Positions 36,942 through 40,452 of a stretch of DNA of 40,452 nt are shown here, in pieces. This DNA comes from Macrostomum lignano (taxonomy: Eukaryota). A model generated the notes under the pieces. The model was not told where the DNA came from. It did no database searches and was given only the letters and a program-made list of their open reading frames with translations. The stretch spans positions 1 to 40,452 of the forward strand of contig NIVC01004615.1 of assembly GCA_002269645.1 (NCBI GenBank), read 5' to 3'. Numbering within the stretch: the first letter of the stretch is position 1; each line of letters starts with the position of its first letter. A program made the position numbers and the translations under genes.

Positions 36942-37216
36942 ATTATTGAATAACTAATAACGATAATAATAATATTTCATTACACCTGCCCTAATGGGCC
37001 GCGATGTGCAACCGACAGCTCAGCCGCAGCTATTGCGCGGCGCATCTGAAGGTTGCGTACGGCTGTTCAGTCCAGGAAATGGGGGTCGCCACACACACCC
37101 TCAATCAGAGTTAAGTGTCTTACTCATGGACACAAATTGTTCCGAGTGGATCGAGAATCGAACCCCGGTCCTTCCAGTCGTGTGTCCGACGCTCTAATCA
37201 TTAGGCTACAACTCTC
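36942..37216 (-). mobile_element. tRNA-derived SINE (family B) with a CORE-like segment
   Basis: Head GAGAGTTGTAGCCTAATGATTAG...GGGGTTCGATTCTC (A/B boxes), then TGTGTCCATGAGTAAGACACTTAACTCT and an (ATT)n tail. No TSD was seen. Confidence 0.8.
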
Positions 37217-38082
37217 TATAAGGAATAGCTTATAGGGACCGGTCGGCGAAGTGGTAGTGTGTATTACTCTCACATTTAAGTCCTTGGACATACTGTAGGT
37301 TCGAATCATGTACAACTGCGGTAGAAGTGCCTTAAGAAAGGCACTGGCGATACGACAAATATACTTACCTTCCCCAGCCTCCCGACTTATTTCTAGGAAA
37401 GTCAAGTTCAAATCCGCGCTTGACAACATTAATTGGGGTCAGTAGACCTCTATCTATTGCAATCTAGAGCTAGTCTTTCAATCCAATCCAATTTTAAGGG
37501 CCAAATCGAAAAGCACAGAGGTTGTAATTAAAGGCATCTTGGTTCATGGGCTTATGGTTAGCAAGAAATGAGCATGCGACCACAATAATGTCGCCATTTG
37601 ATTTTCGGCATAACTGCGTATTTTGAGGCCGAAGTGTGCAATTGCAACCCCGCCACCCCCGGCTCAATATCTAAAGTGTGAGACCTTTTTTATAGCAGAG
37701 CAAAAGCATCCATGGTCTGTGCACGTCTGTCGGTGACACTGCCCCTTAGCTCTGAGCTGAATTAAAGCGGCTTGCTCAGGCTATTATTATAGTGCGAGTG
37801 CAAACCCAGCTAACTGTCTGGTTAAGTGCTATGCGCGTATTTCTCTCTGCTCGTCCCTCTCTCATCCCTTTCTCTCTTTTTTCTCGCTCTCTATTTGAGC
37901 ATTCTCAAAGAAATCAAGACAGCAGCAGCCATTTAGCCGGCGCTGAGCCTGAGCAGCCTGAACTCCATCTTCAAATACAGTTATCCTTCTTAATAGCTTG
38001 TGGTGTTTGTGCATCTACCGATCTGACTGTTAACCTCACAGTAAACCTTTAGCCGAAAATTGGGTTATGCTTACTGAACGAC

Positions 38083-40373
38083 ATGCGGGGTGAGTACTGG
38101 AGTCTGGAGTGAACGCAGATTCTTGCAGCTGTTGTTATCACGGATTTTAATGCATTGCGCAGATAAGTTGACAACCACTTTTTAGCTTCTGTGAAAGCTT
38201 CAGTACCAATCCGGCTTCCGGTCTGTACAGACTGTACCAATCTCGGCTTCCAGTCTGTACAAACTGTACCAATCTCGGCTTTCAGTCTGTACAGACTCTA
38301 CCAATCCCGGATTCTAGTCTGTACAGACTGTACCAATCTCGTACAGTTTGTAAAATCTCGGCTTCCAGTCTGTACAAACTGTACCAATCCGGCTTCCAGT
38401 CTGTACAAACTGTACAAATCCCGGCTTCCAGTCCGTACAAACTGTACCAATCCTGGCTTCCAGTCTGTACAAACTGTACAAATTTAGCTGTACATTCAGC
38501 ATAAACCAAAGACCAAAGAGTTGCTTTAACCTTGTGCCAACCAGTTAAGGAGCTCCGATCCCTCCAACCCATCGCAGCGACCAGCGCCCCGCCAAGGGTC
38601 TGCCTCAGCTCGGCGAGATGCCCGTCGGATTCCGGCTGCCAGCAGATCAGGACACCCGGGAGACGCCCTACAGGCTGCCTCGGCTGCCGGCCACGCCAGA
38701 CTACGAGGACGTGGGTGGTATCTACTCCAGATACGGGTACACCCACACTAATCCTTATGAGAAGTAAGCATTTACATTTGGCCAGCGGCTCCAAGTGCAG
38801 TCGCATTAATTTGAGGCTAAATTTGAAATTTCGGCTTGGCTCTGCTCGTGCAATTAACGGCCTTGAGACCCAACCCCCAAGGCGCAGTGAAGTGTACATG
38901 CCTAACGATAAATAAAGTTAGGGCCGCTGTACACTCCTGTGTGAGTGTGTGCCTGTGCGTATGACTGCGTACGTATCCGCGCGCTTGTGTGCCTGCTCAG
39001 GGGAGTCGGCGGAATGGGCAGTAATGCCTCTGACCGGTTGTGTGACAATGTCGCTTAAAGTTCCCCAGGGTGCACACAGCCCCCTGCCTCTAAAATAAAT
39101 AATAATTAAGCATATAAAGTCCTCAGAATTTACATCATTGGAAGCTAATATGGACTTTCAGCTGGTTGTTTGACGTTGTTTTGAAGAGACTATCTTAACT
39201 GTCAAACCAGCTTTTTGTTAATTTAGTCTTTAGATTGCAACTAAACTACTCGTGGCATAAACCGAATTTGCCCTTAACGTCAACAGCCTGGGCGAGAAAG
39301 GCGAGAGCCAGCTGAACCAGTGGAAGTACCCGCTGCCGACCAGAGCCTTTCGTATCTACGCCGGTCCTTCGTTTCGTCAGGCCGTTGTCGCACCGTCCTC
39401 AACCCCGCGTCTGGTGCTGCAGGAGCCCGGTGCCGCAAGTCAACAGGTTTGTATTTGACTACTTAATCAGTAGTGCAGCTTAGATATTGAGTGTGAAGAA
39501 CGCTAAAATTGATTACAGACTACTCGGTCGCAGCCACACCCTGATGAGCATGGCGAGCAGCCAGAATCAGAACAACACCAGGCCGACGCCAGTGCTCAGA
39601 TCGGCAGCCAAGGAGCCCGGCAGCCTGCTAGCTCGCGAGGACACTTTCCCTGATCATGACATTCAAATGACCCGACAGCAGCTCAGGCAGCAGCAGCTGC
39701 TGGCCAGGCAGCAGTACGAGGCCAGCCAACAGACTGGCGGCGTTGGCGACCTGCAGTGGGTGCTGACCCGCAGCGGCACTTCCAGATTGATAAGAAGGTA
39801 ATTTCAGTCTCAGCAAAGGATTAATAGGTAACATTTATATCTAATCCAACGGTTTATCAGATGTTGATCAGGATAGGTGGGTGATCAGCATAGGTGGGTG
39901 ATAAGGATAGGCGGGTGATCAGGATAGGTGGGTGATCAGGATAGGTGGGTGATCAGGATAGGTGGGTGATCAGGATAGGTGGGTGATCAGGATAGTGGGT
40001 GATCAGGATAGGTGGGTGATCAGGATAATAGGGTGATCAAGATAGGTGGGTGATCAAGATAGGTTGGTGATCAGCATAGGTGGGTGATCAGCATAGGTTG
40101 GTGATCAGCATACGTTGGTGATCAGCATAGGTTGGTGACCAGGATAAACCGGATCAGATTTTTAATGCTCAATGTGACTAAGTGACCTATGCTGACTTTA
40201 CCGGTTCCTGCAGGGCCAGCAGCGCAACAGGGCCCGTTCTCCAGAGAGTTCACTGTCCACGCGATGGCGCCGCCCAACTGGCTGCGAATGAAGTGGGGCC
40301 GGCGCTACCACCAGATGGACGCGCTACAGACCCGTCGCTGTGCCTGTCCCCTATCGACAGTACACGTCTTTGA
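38083..40373 (+). CDS. Uncharacterised multi-exon gene; exon 3 disrupted as sequenced; last exon frame uncertain
   Basis: Phase-compatible GT-AG exons are 38083-38089 (ATG CGG G), 38550-38763, 39234-39446, 39519-39797 and 40214-. The protein starts MRGAPIPPTHRSDQRP...PDYEDVGGIYSRYGYTHTNPYEKLQLNYSWHK. No domain was recognised. Confidence 0.5.
38203..38484. repeat. 31-32 bp minisatellite with a palindromic core, about 9 copies, intronic
   Basis: Unit approximately CCAGTCTGTACA(A/G)ACTGTACCAATC(C/T)CGGCTT. Confidence 0.9.
38781..39106 (+). mobile_element. 5'-truncated copy of SINE family A
   Basis: Reverse-complement match to ~1073-1378. The A box is absent and the B box is deleted. A-rich tail. 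Possible TSD TAAGCAT(T/A)TA. Confidence 0.88.
39865..40147. repeat. 17-bp minisatellite (GATCAGGATAGGTGGGT), about 16 copies, intronic
   Basis: 17-bp period with G>C and G>T variants. Confidence 0.95.
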
Positions 40374-40422
40374 GTGGCCCCATGCATCCTTGATAACTAC
40401 TTAACTGTGTTAATTGAATAGC

Positions 40423-40452
40423 CAGAATTGTAGCCTAGTGATCAGAGCGTCG
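40423..40452 (+). mobile_element. Start of another SINE family B head, running off the window
   Basis: CAGAATTGTAGCCTAGTGATCAGAGCGTCG versus GAGAGTTGTAGCCTAATGATTAGAGCGTCG at 37216 (minus). Confidence 0.7.

Overview
This is eukaryotic (metazoan, invertebrate) genomic DNA with spliceosomal introns. It has no prokaryotic features and no CRISPR array. The short 80-100 nt introns, GC3-rich exons, polyQ tract and dense minisatellites resemble a free-living flatworm such as Macrostomum; that assignment is inference only. Bases ~1,050-24,300 are almost entirely a nest of mobile elements: a full-length tRNA-derived SINE; a complete 6.5-kb CACTA/EnSpm transposon with a frameshifted transposase and a decayed BEN-domain gene; a decayed ORF with 23-aa STPR-like repeats split by a hAT MITE; and two ~2-kb TG...CA solo-LTR-like elements. 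The second solo LTR is interrupted by a full-length, intact LOA/Lian-type LINE whose two ORFs overlap at TAATG. Host genes are a POC1 C-terminal exon (minus, missed by the ORF track), a complete 6-exon UNC-93-like gene (minus, with one GC-AG intron and a (CAG)14 tract), a head-to-head pair of DEG/ENaC channel genes, and an unidentified multi-exon gene at the right end. At least seven unrelated minisatellites occur, most of them in introns; the long repetitive ORFs they generate are artefacts. All alignments, splice sites and structures were read by eye.
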